Source of the DNA: Bacteroidota bacterium
Lineage (GTDB): Bacteria; Bacteroidota; Bacteroidia; Bacteroidales; NBLH01
DNA: 57,984 nucleotides
Direction: 5' to 3'
Assembly (NCBI GenBank): GCA_039714415.1
Contig: JBDLJL010000006.1
Span: forward strand, 1 to 57,984
Below are positions 9,790 to 19,813 of the stretch, piece after piece. How positions within the stretch are numbered: position 1 is the first letter of the stretch; every line of letters starts with the position of its first letter. Below the pieces are notes generated by a model. That model ran no database searches, had not been told where the DNA came from, and saw only the letters and a program-made list of their open reading frames with translations. The position numbers and the translations under genes are program-made.

Positions 9790-9862
9790 TGACCCGTCTG
9801 TGGCTCGAACACAGGACCCACGCCTTAAAAGGGCGTTGCTCTACCAACTGAGCTAACGAGTC
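9790..9862 (-). tRNA. tRNA-Lys (anticodon UUU), CCA not encoded
   Basis: Minus strand GACTCGTTAGCTCAGTTGGTAGAGCAACGCC-CTTTTAA-GGCGTGGGTCCTGTGTTCGAGCCACAGACGGGTCA folds into a full cloverleaf; acceptor stem GACTCGT/ACGGGTC. Confidence 0.97.
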
Positions 9863-9886
9863 ATACTTTTTTCTTTAAAAGCGATG

Positions 9887-9917
9887 CAAAGATAAAATCA
9901 TTTTTTTAATGTGCAAA
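9887..9917 (-). promoter_or_regulatory. Bacteroidota primary-sigma promoter of tRNA-Lys
   Basis: Minus strand TTTG-N19-TATCTTTG matches the -33/-7 consensus TTTG-N19-21-TAnnTTTG. Confidence 0.8.
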
Positions 9918-10017
9918 ATAGTTTTAAAAAAAAATAGTATTTTTTTTTCATCATCTTTCATTCATCTAACTTTGTGCAAGTTACACCTTTAATAATCAAA
10001 ATAAAAATTATATTTAA

Positions 10018-12930
10018 CTATTCTTTAGAACAAATTACTTTATATGGACAATATGTGCAATTTTCTTCAAATTCTGTCTGAACAAACGGAATTTCCGGGT
10101 TAAAAAGCTCTGTCAATTTCTCAGATAAATATGATTCAAAATCTTCTATTAAGCCTTTAAAATTGTGGTCATTTACTATAGTTCTATTTTTATTTTTCCC
10201 CCAATAAATAGATGCATTAAAATCTGCTTTGTGCATATCTCTTAAATCATATATTCCAGGAGTAAAAGGTTTCCCCTTATAATCTTCGTGCTTTTTGAAT
10301 AGAATTCCGTAAATAAACAGCTGGAAAATAGCCTTTTTCCTTTTGCGTATAAGAGGCTGAAAAAGTTGAAGATAGTCGCTAAAGTCTTTCTCCGCTTTTC
10401 CCGTTTTATAATCAATTAATCGGTAAATACCGTTCTTTTTATCTATGCGGTCAATTATACCTTTTAAACCAATTTGTTTTTCTTCACCATCATGATTAAA
10501 AGAAAAAGTTGTTTGAAACGAATGGTCTTCTTCCAATTGTACAATTTCAAAAGGTGTTTGTTTTTCATCAACCTTTAAAATAGTTTTAATATACTTATGA
10601 ATTACTTCTTTAATCACCAACAGGTTTCCTGTGAATTTAAAATCAGGGGAGTTTGATTTTCCATAATATTCTTTAAAAGCTTCCGTAATAAAACCTTCAA
10701 TTAGATCATATACTGTTTTTATGTCTTTTTTTTGAATTAAAGATGAATTATTTTTTTTTATTATTGATTTGTAAATTAACTCCATCACGGAATGGATAAT
10801 AATTCCCAAATCAACGGGACTGAATTCTTCTTCTACTTTATCTACTTCTTTGATTCTCGCAATGTATCTGAAATAAAACTTAAGCGAACAACTCAGATAA
10901 CTATCTAATGCCGTGGCTGTTAATTGTTTTTTAGCAACGTTTCCCTCAACAAAATAATCACTTAAAATTTCCTGTACCTTTTCGTCCTTTTCTATTAGAA
11001 TTTCTTGCTTATGAGCTGTTTCCAAATGTTGATCTAATTGAAATTCCTGAAAATCAATACCTGATTCAAGTTTTACCTGCTGTACAAACCGGCTTAATTC
11101 ACCTGAAAGGCTTGTTCCGCTCAAATTATTATATACAATGTTTATATTTTTAGCCCTTTGTAGCAAACGATAGAAGAAATAAGCGAAAATAGCATCCTGG
11201 TATTTTAAAACGGGCAATCCAAATGCATGGCGCATACTTTCCGAGATAAGACTCGGTGCCCTGTTCAAATTTGGTAAAATTCCCTCATTAGCATTTAGCA
11301 AAATTACGTTATCAAAATCAACATTCCTGGTTTCAATTAAGCCCATAATTTGCATACCATCAGTCGATTGGCTTTCAAAAGGGACCCTAATACCACTAAG
11401 TAATTGTTTTAGTAATTGGCTGGTTATTTCTTTATTAAGGTCAATTTGCTGAGCATGCTTCTCTATTACTTCATTTAGTCTTTTAACCGTAATATAAGTC
11501 TGATAAATATACTCTTCCTCTACCGACCCCTTTTTGTCTTTAGGAAGTTTATTAAATACAATAAATAAAATATTAAGTAATTTGGTTAATAGTCCTCCTG
11601 CCTGATTTTCTTCAGAAACGGTTGTAAAAATTAACTCGTATAACTTTTCTTTATCTCTGAGTAACAAATCCTGATTTACGTAATTTAATTGTTGATTATT
11701 TATAGTATCTAAAATTTGCTGTGCAGTTTCCTGATGAGAAGGGTAAATGTATGGATGGTTCAGGATGGCTTGCACCTCCTTATAGTAAAATACGGATTTT
11801 CCATCAGTTTGTTTGGTCATTGTTTGCTGGATACGAAGAAAATACATAATTAACGAAAACAGAGCAGTATCATTCAAAGGATACCCCATGGTAATATTAA
11901 ATGTTTCAATTTCATCAGGTAATGAATGAAGTACAGGGAAAAGCATACTTTCATCTGTTAATACAATTACCGTTTTATCCGGTTTGTTCTTAATTTGTTC
12001 CCAATTTTTATGTTTTTTCAAAATTTCGGTAATTACTTTTGCTTGTCCCACATTTCCCGGAACTCCAAATAAATTTATTTTTTTACCCGGCGTATTAAAA
12101 TTGGCAGGTATTTTTTCTTTAGCTTCATCTAGTACTTCAAAATTCACCCTTAAAAAATCACCGGCTTCCTGAATTTGGTTTTTGAAATAATATGCGTCAG
12201 TATCCCAATAAAAATACGCTTTTCCTTTATTTTTTAAATATTTGAAAAGCTTTTTCTGTGCAGCGTTTAATGCATTAAATCCTATAAATAGCAAAACTTC
12301 ATCTCCATCTTGAAGATTCCCATTTGTAAGCTGATCAGCTATTGATCGGTAAATTAATCCTTCATAAGCAAGATTTTTACTTAATAATGTATTTTTAAAG
12401 TGTTTATATACAGCAGGTAATATGTTCCATAATTCAATAAACTTTGCTTTTTCCCGGCTCATATCCTCAACCGAGAAATTAAGCCAGTACTGTTTGATAA
12501 TGGCAATTTGTTCTTCAGTTAAATCACCATATTTTTGATCAATTTCATGAATGTTTTTAATATTGGTAAAAATCTGGTCAACATCTACCAAATAGCTATC
12601 TACTTCATTGAAATCGTTCAATATTAATTCACCCAGCCCAAAAAAAGTATCAAAACTCATATTAAATTCAGGGTCAATTGCCTTGAATGAATCATACAGG
12701 ATAAATATCAAAGCAATTTTATCGACTTTTTGAATACGACTCAGTTTGGAAATATAAGATTGAATGGTATAAGTTTTTGGCGACCAAACAGTTTTATTCA
12801 TTGCTTTGGCAAAAGCAGTTTGAAAAAAGTATCCGGTCCTTTTATTTGGGAAAATAATTTGAATATTCTCTAAATCCTTACCAAATTTTTGGATAATGTT
12901 CTCAACGGTTTCCTGTAGAAATGTTTTCAT
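10018..12930 (-). CDS. AddB-like PD-(D/E)xK nuclease with a degenerate helicase-like N-terminus
   Basis: IFPNKR N-terminus; GIIDRID...IDYKTG nuclease motifs; four Cys (YLSCS and CTYCPYKVIC) typical of the AddB Fe-S staple. Confidence 0.85.
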   Translation of the reverse strand: MKTFLQETVENIIQKFGKDLENIQIIFPNKRTGYFFQTAFAKAMNKTVWSPKTYTIQSYISKLSRIQKVDKIALIFILYDSFKAIDPEFNMSFDTFFGLGELILNDFNEVDSYLVDVDQIFTNIKNIHEIDQKYGDLTEEQIAIIKQYWLNFSVEDMSREKAKFIELWNILPAVYKHFKNTLLSKNLAYEGLIYRSIADQLTNGNLQDGDEVLLFIGFNALNAAQKKLFKYLKNKGKAYFYWDTDAYYFKNQIQEAGDFLRVNFEVLDEAKEKIPANFNTPGKKINLFGVPGNVGQAKVITEILKKHKNWEQIKNKPDKTVIVLTDESMLFPVLHSLPDEIETFNITMGYPLNDTALFSLIMYFLRIQQTMTKQTDGKSVFYYKEVQAILNHPYIYPSHQETAQQILDTINNQQLNYVNQDLLLRDKEKLYELIFTTVSEENQAGGLLTKLLNILFIVFNKLPKDKKGSVEEEYIYQTYITVKRLNEVIEKHAQQIDLNKEITSQLLKQLLSGIRVPFESQSTDGMQIMGLIETRNVDFDNVILLNANEGILPNLNRAPSLISESMRHAFGLPVLKYQDAIFAYFFYRLLQRAKNINIVYNNLSGTSLSGELSRFVQQVKLESGIDFQEFQLDQHLETAHKQEILIEKDEKVQEILSDYFVEGNVAKKQLTATALDSYLSCSLKFYFRYIARIKEVDKVEEEFSPVDLGIIIHSVMELIYKSIIKKNNSSLIQKKDIKTVYDLIEGFITEAFKEYYGKSNSPDFKFTGNLLVIKEVIHKYIKTILKVDEKQTPFEIVQLEEDHSFQTTFSFNHDGEEKQIGLKGIIDRIDKKNGIYRLIDYKTGKAEKDFSDYLQLFQPLIRKRKKAIFQLFIYGILFKKHEDYKGKPFTPGIYDLRDMHKADFNASIYWGKNKNRTIVNDHNFKGLIEDFESYLSEKLTELFNPEIPFVQTEFEENCTYCPYKVICSKE

Positions 12931-13011
12931 TAAAAAGAATAAATATCTTATTTGACATACAAATTTAACATAAAACCTGTATTTTTAACTAAAACTTATA
13001 AATCAGAACAA

Positions 13012-13548
13012 ATGAATTTCTTAAAACTGGCAAAACAAAGATATTCTTCAAGAAAGTACAAGAACAAGGAAATTGAAGAAGAAAAATTAAATTATGTGCT
13101 TGAAGCCGGACGAATTGCCCCATCAGCAAATAATACCCAACCATGGGTTTTTATAGTAGTTAAGGATAAAAATAGGGAAAAGTTAAGAGCTTGCTATCAT
13201 CGCGAATGGTTTAATTCAGCACCCGTTTACATAGTAATTTGTGGAAATCATCAACAATCATGGAAACGTGCAAGTGATGGAAAAGACCATTGTGATGTAG
13301 ACGCCTCTATTGCAACAGATCATATGACTTTGGCCGCAACTGAAAAAGGTCTGGCTACCTGTTGGGTTTGCAATTTTTATAAAGAAATGACCACTGATTT
13401 ATTAAATTTACCAGAACATATTGAACCCATTGCTATCTTATCTTTGGGTTATCCTGATGATGAAGTGAATGTAAACCGGCATGAAACAAAAAGAAAAAAG
13501 TTTGAAAATGTGGTTTATTCTGAAGAGTATAAATCAACACTTCTTTAA
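13012..13548 (+). CDS. Nitroreductase family protein
   Basis: RYSSRKY, APSANNTQPW, GLATCWV and LSLGYP. ATG at 13012 is preferred over the upstream TTG. Confidence 0.9.
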   Translation: MNFLKLAKQRYSSRKYKNKEIEEEKLNYVLEAGRIAPSANNTQPWVFIVVKDKNREKLRACYHREWFNSAPVYIVICGNHQQSWKRASDGKDHCDVDASIATDHMTLAATEKGLATCWVCNFYKEMTTDLLNLPEHIEPIAILSLGYPDDEVNVNRHETKRKKFENVVYSEEYKSTLL

Positions 13549-13724
13549 ATTTTTGTTTCGCGCAAAGTCGCAAAGATTTGATTATTAACCTATTAATCTA
13601 TGTTGCTGTTAATTCTTAATGATTTGATATATAGGTATTTATAGAAATTCACCGAACTATTGTAAATAGAACATTGTTATTATTACGATTATTAAGAAGA
13701 AGTTAAACATTAGTCTAAAAAACT

Positions 13725-14489
13725 ATGAAAAACATTTGCCTTTTAGTTGTTTGCTTATTTTTCATTTTTTCATTTAATGAAAATATTGAAAGCCAGGAAA
13801 AAAAAGAACCGAATATTACTAAAGTGGATGATTCAAAATATCCTTATGGGTTTTATATGATAAATGTATCAGCTTCAGCTAGTGTAAATGAAGCTGTTCA
13901 GCAAGTACAGGAACTTCAAAAAAAAGGACACCCTGCGGGATATTTATGGTTGCCGGATTACAAATCGCTAAGCGATAAAGAATTATATGCAGTATTCATT
14001 GGCCCTTTTATGGGCAGAGATACTTGCATTAAATATCTAAATTATTATCAAAAAGAAGAACCCAAAGCTTATGCTGTAAAAGCTGAGCATAGCAAAAGAA
14101 GGGTAACCATACATAATAAATTTGATATTAGGGTAAATGGCAAGAAACAATTCATGATATTAACTTATGCTACACCAGAAGATTCAAAGGAATATGCTAA
14201 AGGTGGTGGTGAAGATTGGGCATGGTTTGTAAATGATGTGGCTACTTATTTTGATAAATACCATGCAGATAATGTGTTTTTTGGACGTGTTTATTATAGT
14301 TGGTTAAATAAAAAGGATATTGCAAAACTAGTTGAGGAATTAGAATTGGAAGATTTTGGTTATGTTTTAATTAAAGGAAAAGAAAAAAGTTTCACCCCAC
14401 ATGATATGCCAGACGGGGTTATTTCAGAAGCATGTGATTTTTTTGGTTTTGAGATGAATAAAAATTGGCAGGAGGAAATGAATAATTAA
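13725..14489 (+). CDS. Exported protein with a SPOR-like domain
   Basis: Signal peptide; the segment YMINVSAS...VQELQKKGHPA...YAVFIGPF resembles a SPOR peptidoglycan-binding fold. Confidence 0.55.
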   Translation: MKNICLLVVCLFFIFSFNENIESQEKKEPNITKVDDSKYPYGFYMINVSASASVNEAVQQVQELQKKGHPAGYLWLPDYKSLSDKELYAVFIGPFMGRDTCIKYLNYYQKEEPKAYAVKAEHSKRRVTIHNKFDIRVNGKKQFMILTYATPEDSKEYAKGGGEDWAWFVNDVATYFDKYHADNVFFGRVYYSWLNKKDIAKLVEELELEDFGYVLIKGKEKSFTPHDMPDGVISEACDFFGFEMNKNWQEEMNN

Positions 14490-14537
14490 TTGGTATTTAT
14501 TTAATTGATTTTAAATCACAATTTTTAATATAACATA

Positions 14538-15170
14538 ATGAATAATAGATTATTAATATTGATGCTTTCACTCCTTAGCTACATGGCTAAAGCACAAACA
14601 ATTGCAATCTCTAACGCTAGACAAAACATAATATATATTGGGATTGATAATCCATTAAATGCAGTTGCTGAAAATATGAAATGTGGTTCTTTTTTTCTTA
14701 CAACGGACAACGGAACCATAAAAGGTGAATCATGTCATTTTAGAATACATCCTAAAAATGTCGGACTGGCAACGATCTATATTCAAAAAATAAAAAAAAA
14801 GGATACTGTTTTAATTGGGAAAAAAGTATTCAGGGTAAAAAGTCTTCCCAAACCAACCACACGGATTGCAGGTAAGAAATCTGGTATGATTAATAAAAAA
14901 GTCTTGGCTGCTCAAACTGGTATAAAAGCAAGTTTAGAAAACTTTGATATCAACATCTTCTATCCTATTCATAGTTTTTCAGTAATTGTGGTAAATGATC
15001 AGGATTCATGTTTTTTTAATAATATTGATGGACAGAAATTTACACAAGAAATGAAACAAGCTTTTTTAAAATTGAAACAAAATGACAGAGTCTATTTTAT
15101 TGATATAATTGCTGTTTTACCAAACAAAAAAACGGTAGAATTATATCCAATAAAATTCATTATTAAATAA
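14538..15170 (+). CDS. GldM/PorM C-terminal domain-like exported protein
   Basis: Signal peptide ending AKA-Q; NIIYIGIDNPL, FRVKSLPKP and DRVYFIDI resemble the GldM C-terminal domains. Confidence 0.7.
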   Translation: MNNRLLILMLSLLSYMAKAQTIAISNARQNIIYIGIDNPLNAVAENMKCGSFFLTTDNGTIKGESCHFRIHPKNVGLATIYIQKIKKKDTVLIGKKVFRVKSLPKPTTRIAGKKSGMINKKVLAAQTGIKASLENFDINIFYPIHSFSVIVVNDQDSCFFNNIDGQKFTQEMKQAFLKLKQNDRVYFIDIIAVLPNKKTVELYPIKFIIK

Positions 15171-15175
15171 GACCG

Positions 15176-15871
15176 TTAAACAGCAAAATAGCCCGTAAGT
15201 TCCCTTAAAGTGTTTTCATTAGTTGGTTTATCATTTACAATTTTTCCTTTTTCAAGGATTACAATTCGTTCGCAAACCTCAGTAATATGAGTTAAATCAT
15301 GACTGGAAATTAAAATGGTTATACCATTTTCCTCTTTGAGTTTGTTTATGAGGTTTTTTAACCTGATTTGGGTAGTAGGATCTAAACTGTTAAATGGTTC
15401 ATCAAGAACAATCACTTCCGGTTTAGCCATTAATGCAGCAGCGATTCCAATTTTTTGTTTATTCCCGCTTGAAAAATCACGGATATACTTTTTCTTACCT
15501 AAAACCTCATCATTAAAAAATTCTTCAAAGTTTGCATAAAACTCTTCCAAATCACCTTTTGATATATGATGTACACCGGCCAAAAATTCAAAATACTCCT
15601 CAGGTGTTAAAAAATCAATCAAAAAACTTTCATCAAGGAAAGAGCCGGTATAAAATTTCCAGTCATTATTCACTGGCACTTTGTTTCCATTGGTTGAAAT
15701 ATAACCAGAATTGGGTTTTATTAAATCCAAAATCAAGCGAAAAAAAGTGGTTTTTCCTGCGCCATTATTTCCAACCAATCCAAAACTTTCACCTTTGGTA
15801 ATTTTTAATTCCTGAATGTCCAGCACTTTCTGGTCACCATATATTTTTGATAAATTATTAACTTCAATCAT
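15176..15871 (-). CDS. ABC transporter ATP-binding protein
   Basis: Walker A GNNGAGKT, signature FSSGN, Walker B VLDEP, H-loop SSHD. Confidence 0.93.
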   Translation of the reverse strand: MIEVNNLSKIYGDQKVLDIQELKITKGESFGLVGNNGAGKTTFFRLILDLIKPNSGYISTNGNKVPVNNDWKFYTGSFLDESFLIDFLTPEEYFEFLAGVHHISKGDLEEFYANFEEFFNDEVLGKKKYIRDFSSGNKQKIGIAAALMAKPEVIVLDEPFNSLDPTTQIRLKNLINKLKEENGITILISSHDLTHITEVCERIVILEKGKIVNDKPTNENTLRELTGYFAV

Positions 15872-15947
15872 TCTATTTTTTAATTAAATTCTTAACTTAT
15901 TGTAAAAGGTAATTTTTATAAAGAACACAGAACCCTATATCTAAAAA

Positions 15948-16115
15948 AAGGCTAAAGTCCAGGCTAAGGCTAAGGTGGCTTTAATGAAACTTATCGGTTT
16001 TTGAGCAGACTTGCTTCGACTAGGCCTCTCTCCAATTCCTTATTTACAACATACACATTTTAAAATTAACAAAGGCATCTTCAATAAGCTTCCTTGGCCT
16101 ACGCCTCAGCCTTAA
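15948..16115. repeat. Inverted pair of degenerate hexamer (AAGGCT) tandem tracts
   Basis: AAGGCT-AAAGTC-CAGGCT-AAGGCT-AAGGTG (15948-15977) faces CCTTGG-CCTACG-CCTCAG-CCTTAA (16092-16115). Confidence 0.6.
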
Positions 16116-16117
16116 TT

Positions 16118-17602
16118 TTACTCACTTTGCCTGAATCCTTCTGCCATTTCATACCTCCTCTTTAAAAATTGTTTCATTACCCATTGCATCATCCATTTGT
16201 TCATTAATAAACCTGTAAAACCTAAAACACCAATAAGAAATAGTCCCACATCAGGATATCCTGCCAAAGAGAATGGCCAATAGATTAACAAAGGTAACAG
16301 AAAAAAGGGCAGCATAGAAAGCCAATGAGCTATCCCCATTCCCTGATAATTAAATGCAGCACCTTTGCTTAAATCCATTCTTTTTTTACTTAAGGTGGCT
16401 GTATAAAATAAAAGGTAAGATAAAAATCCTATATTGTACAGCCAGGTCATGGTATTAATAAACAATATTTTCATACCAAAGAACAGGTAAGGTATTGTTA
16501 TAATAAATGAAACAGTTGATATAACAATAGCAAACAGAAATTTTTCTCTTAAATACTTATCATAACTTTTATAATTTGACAAAATAAAATCAAAATGACC
16601 ACTTTCGTAACTAAAAGCATAATTCAAATAGTTAAGCATCATCCCACCTGTCATAAAAATCCCCACAAAAATTAAAAACCCGTTTTGATCCAGGTAAATC
16701 TCCTGTGGATAAAAGAAAAATCCGTAACCCAGAAATAATGGAAGCATATATACAATCGACCTTGTACGTTTGTGCCGCCAAATCAATTTAATATCCTTAA
16801 GTGCCAGTTGCCCTATAAATCCATATTGTTTTAAATATTGAAATGCCTTAGCCGAATCACTATTCTCATTTACTTTAATTTTTATTTCTTCAGGATAAAG
16901 CTTGGATTTTAATAAAGAAAAATTCATTAAATAAAAAACCATCACCATTCCAACAATAATTAATATTCCCAAAGGATAATGTAATAAAGCCGAAAACAAA
17001 GTTTTTGAAACAATTGAAAAAGATACAATGTGAAAAATGTCGAGTAAAATCAGTGCTGTTATTATCAAAGCAGCAATTAAGGTAATAATTGGTTTACTTA
17101 CCAGATGTCTTTTTAAATAAATGATTAAAAAATTATTACTAATTGATATTAAAAACAAACATAATACCCAAATAAAGGCAATTAACGAACCATATTCCAG
17201 AGAGACAGCCTTAGTTGCGAAAGGAATAAAAACAAGTAAAGGCAAATAATTACCAATCCCTGTTAATGACCTTAAATTTAAATAATGGATAATCGAAGAT
17301 TTTTTTACCGGAAGCTGCAAATACGGTGTAATATTAAGGGTTGGTAGGGTTTGCATCATAAACCGAAATAAAAGCTCAACACCAAAATAATAGAGCAAAA
17401 TACCATTAAAAATATCAATCGGTGATTCGTCAGGATACACATCTAAAAGAATTTTATCAATAAAAATTCCCAAAACCACCAAATACATAAGCATCAATAA
17501 TAGAAAAAAGCCAATAATAATATTTATAGCAATTTGTTTTTGCCAAATACTTGAACGCATGGATTCTTTCAATTGGTGAGCAACAAACCATTTATAAATC
17601 AT
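16118..17602 (-). CDS. DUF5687-type multi-pass membrane protein, probable ABC permease
   Basis: About 12 hydrophobic segments; PYLQLPVKK and LIWRHKR motifs; upstream of and co-oriented with the ABC ATPase. Confidence 0.75.
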   Translation of the reverse strand: MIYKWFVAHQLKESMRSSIWQKQIAINIIIGFFLLLMLMYLVVLGIFIDKILLDVYPDESPIDIFNGILLYYFGVELLFRFMMQTLPTLNITPYLQLPVKKSSIIHYLNLRSLTGIGNYLPLLVFIPFATKAVSLEYGSLIAFIWVLCLFLISISNNFLIIYLKRHLVSKPIITLIAALIITALILLDIFHIVSFSIVSKTLFSALLHYPLGILIIVGMVMVFYLMNFSLLKSKLYPEEIKIKVNENSDSAKAFQYLKQYGFIGQLALKDIKLIWRHKRTRSIVYMLPLFLGYGFFFYPQEIYLDQNGFLIFVGIFMTGGMMLNYLNYAFSYESGHFDFILSNYKSYDKYLREKFLFAIVISTVSFIITIPYLFFGMKILFINTMTWLYNIGFLSYLLFYTATLSKKRMDLSKGAAFNYQGMGIAHWLSMLPFFLLPLLIYWPFSLAGYPDVGLFLIGVLGFTGLLMNKWMMQWVMKQFLKRRYEMAEGFRQSE

Positions 17603-17677
17603 AAAAGTTACATTAAAATTTAGGTAAATATAGTACTTTTATGATGGTAAAGTTTAGGATTTGAGTAATTTTTTAAC

Positions 17678-18277
17678 ATGATTAACTGGGAAGATATTTC
17701 ATACCTAAAATTTGGGAATAAAGTTCAAAAACATGCTCATACTTGTTTATTGGCTTTAGGGGTTTTTGAACAATTATCCAGCTACAATCCTGTTCTGGTT
17801 GGAACGGTTCCCATTAGTATCAACCTTAAAGATAGTGACCTGGATATTATTTGTGAAATTAAGGATAATACTGAATTCAGTAATAATCTAAACGCCTTAT
17901 ATTCAGCAAATCCAGAATTTAATATAAAGAAAAGGAAAACCTACGTTGTTTGCTCGTTCTTTTATGATGGTTTTCCAATAGAAATATATGGAGAACAAAA
18001 ACCTGTTAAACAGCAAAATGCATATTTGCATATGCTTGCAGAATATAAAATTTTAAATTTAGCTGGTAGTCGTTTTAAACAGGCGATAATACAATTAAAA
18101 CAGAATGGTTTTAAAACCGAACCTGCATTTGGATACCTCCTTGGTGTAGAAAATGCTTACACAGAACTTCTAGAGTTTACCTCCAAACCGGATATAGAAT
18201 TACTGGAAATCATAAATAAATCTAATTGGCAAAAAAGGATTAATAAAATCAGGCGTTATTTTGGAACTTTGAAATAA
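17678..18277 (+). CDS. DUF4269-type protein (nucleotidyltransferase-like motif)
   Basis: LVGTVPISI...SDLDIIC, IEIYG, NAYLHM and KTEPAF. Confidence 0.75.
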   Translation: MINWEDISYLKFGNKVQKHAHTCLLALGVFEQLSSYNPVLVGTVPISINLKDSDLDIICEIKDNTEFSNNLNALYSANPEFNIKKRKTYVVCSFFYDGFPIEIYGEQKPVKQQNAYLHMLAEYKILNLAGSRFKQAIIQLKQNGFKTEPAFGYLLGVENAYTELLEFTSKPDIELLEIINKSNWQKRINKIRRYFGTLK

Positions 18278-18328
18278 GCTGTTATATTTGAATTATAAAA
18301 ATAATGTCACAAATTAATACCTCAACTG

Positions 18329-18991
18329 ATGACACTACTATTTCTTTCACTGGCTCCGGTAATCCTTATTCTGATTTATATTAATTATCGTGATAAATAC
18401 GAAAAAGAACCGCTGGGCTTATTATTAAAGGCACTTGTAGCTGGAGCAATAATTACCATTCCCGTAGTTTTTGTTGAGCGTAGCCTGGATGTATATAAAA
18501 TGGATGATAAATTAGTAGATGCATTTTATAAAGGTTTTATAGTTGCAGCATTAACAGAAGAGGCTTTTAAATTTTTTGCGTTTCGTATTTTAATTTGGAA
18601 AAATAAAAATTTTAATGAGTTTTTTGATGGTATCATTTATGCCGTATTTATATCACTTGGCTTTGCTGCAGTTGAAAATATCTTATATGTATTTCAGGGT
18701 GGTGGTACAGTAGGAATATTAAGGGCATTTACTGCCGTTCCCGGCCATGCCATTTTTGGTGTTGCAATGGGTTATTATTTTGCTTTGGCAAGATTCATAC
18801 CTGAAAAAAAATCATATTATATGAGCATGGCAATTATAATTCCGGTATTACTTCATGGATTTTATGATTTTATCATTTTTGCAGAAAATGAATGGCTACT
18901 GCTTTTGTTTGTTCCTTATATTATATTTATGTGGGTTTTTGGTTTTAAAAAGATGAAAAAACTTTCTGAAAATTCTCAGTTTAAAGGATAG
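18329..18991 (+). CDS. PrsW family intramembrane glutamic protease
   Basis: DKYEKEP, EEAFK, FAAVEN and two His motifs (PGH, LHGFYD). Confidence 0.88.
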   Translation: MTLLFLSLAPVILILIYINYRDKYEKEPLGLLLKALVAGAIITIPVVFVERSLDVYKMDDKLVDAFYKGFIVAALTEEAFKFFAFRILIWKNKNFNEFFDGIIYAVFISLGFAAVENILYVFQGGGTVGILRAFTAVPGHAIFGVAMGYYFALARFIPEKKSYYMSMAIIIPVLLHGFYDFIIFAENEWLLLLFVPYIIFMWVFGFKKMKKLSENSQFKG

Positions 18992-19145
18992 AAAGTAACA
19001 GCTACAACCGATTAAAGAATTGTTAAATTGCAATAATTTGTTGTGTAAAATAACTATTAATTAAATATTAATGGTACGCCAGTAGTCGGAAGGGTTTGCA
19101 ATAAATAAACAATCCTTCCAACAATTGGCAAAATTTTAAATCAAT

Positions 19146-19649
19146 TTACTTGATTTCTTCTTTAATTTGTTTTACCCAGCTTTTTACACGGCCTTCTGTT
19201 AATTCAGCTTGTATATCTTCATCAATAAGTAAACCGGAAAATTTTTCACCACGCAAAGCTTTAGATTCTTCAAAATCATATCCTTCGGTGTTAGTAAAAC
19301 CAATTAGTTGTGCATTTTTATCTTCAAATATTTGAGCAAAAACACCAACTGCATCACCAAAATTATCAGGATAACCTTTTTGGTTACCCAAACCAAATAT
19401 GGCAATCTTTTTCCCTGTAAGATTTGCATTTTCCAATTCCGGCAGGAACTCATCCCAATAAGATGGTAATTCACCATCAAACCAGGTAGATGCCCCTAAA
19501 ATTATCAAGTCATAACTCATAAATTTCTCAGATATGATCTCTTCCACATTGTTTGATTCTATTTGACCACTGCCAAATTCATCAATTATTCTTTTGGCCA
19601 CACCTAATGTTTTTCCGGCACTATAGCCATAAAAAATTCCAGTTTTCAT
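19146..19649 (-). CDS. fldA: Long-chain flavodoxin
   Basis: GIFYG..GKT, GASTWFDGEL, FGLGNQ..YPDNF and GLLIDEDIQ. Confidence 0.9.
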   Translation of the reverse strand: MKTGIFYGYSAGKTLGVAKRIIDEFGSGQIESNNVEEIISEKFMSYDLIILGASTWFDGELPSYWDEFLPELENANLTGKKIAIFGLGNQKGYPDNFGDAVGVFAQIFEDKNAQLIGFTNTEGYDFEESKALRGEKFSGLLIDEDIQAELTEGRVKSWVKQIKEEIK

Positions 19650-19752
19650 TTTAAATAATATTTATATTATACTTTTTTTAACTTAAAGATGCTTTTATTT
19701 TATGATATTTGCATCTTATTATCTTATTTAAACACAAAGATATAAAAATATT

Positions 19753-19775
19753 TTATTTAGAACCATTCTAAATAA
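19753..19775. promoter_or_regulatory. Perfect 10-3-10 palindrome upstream of flavodoxin, candidate iron (Fur-type) operator
   Basis: TTATTTAGAA-CCA-TTCTAAATAA lies over the -33 region of a minus-strand TATCTTTG -7 box (19735-19742). Confidence 0.7.
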
Positions 19776-19813
19776 TCTTTTTTAATAAAAAAGATAGTGT
19801 GAAATAATCTATA

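Noticed and set aside
9790-9862. Intact prophage or ICE integrated at tRNA-Lys
   Set aside because: No integrase, no visible duplicated tRNA 3' end and no phage or conjugation genes in the window.
10018-12930. Cas4 or defence nuclease
   Set aside because: Length and helicase-like N-terminus fit the AddB-like repair subunit; no CRISPR or defence context.
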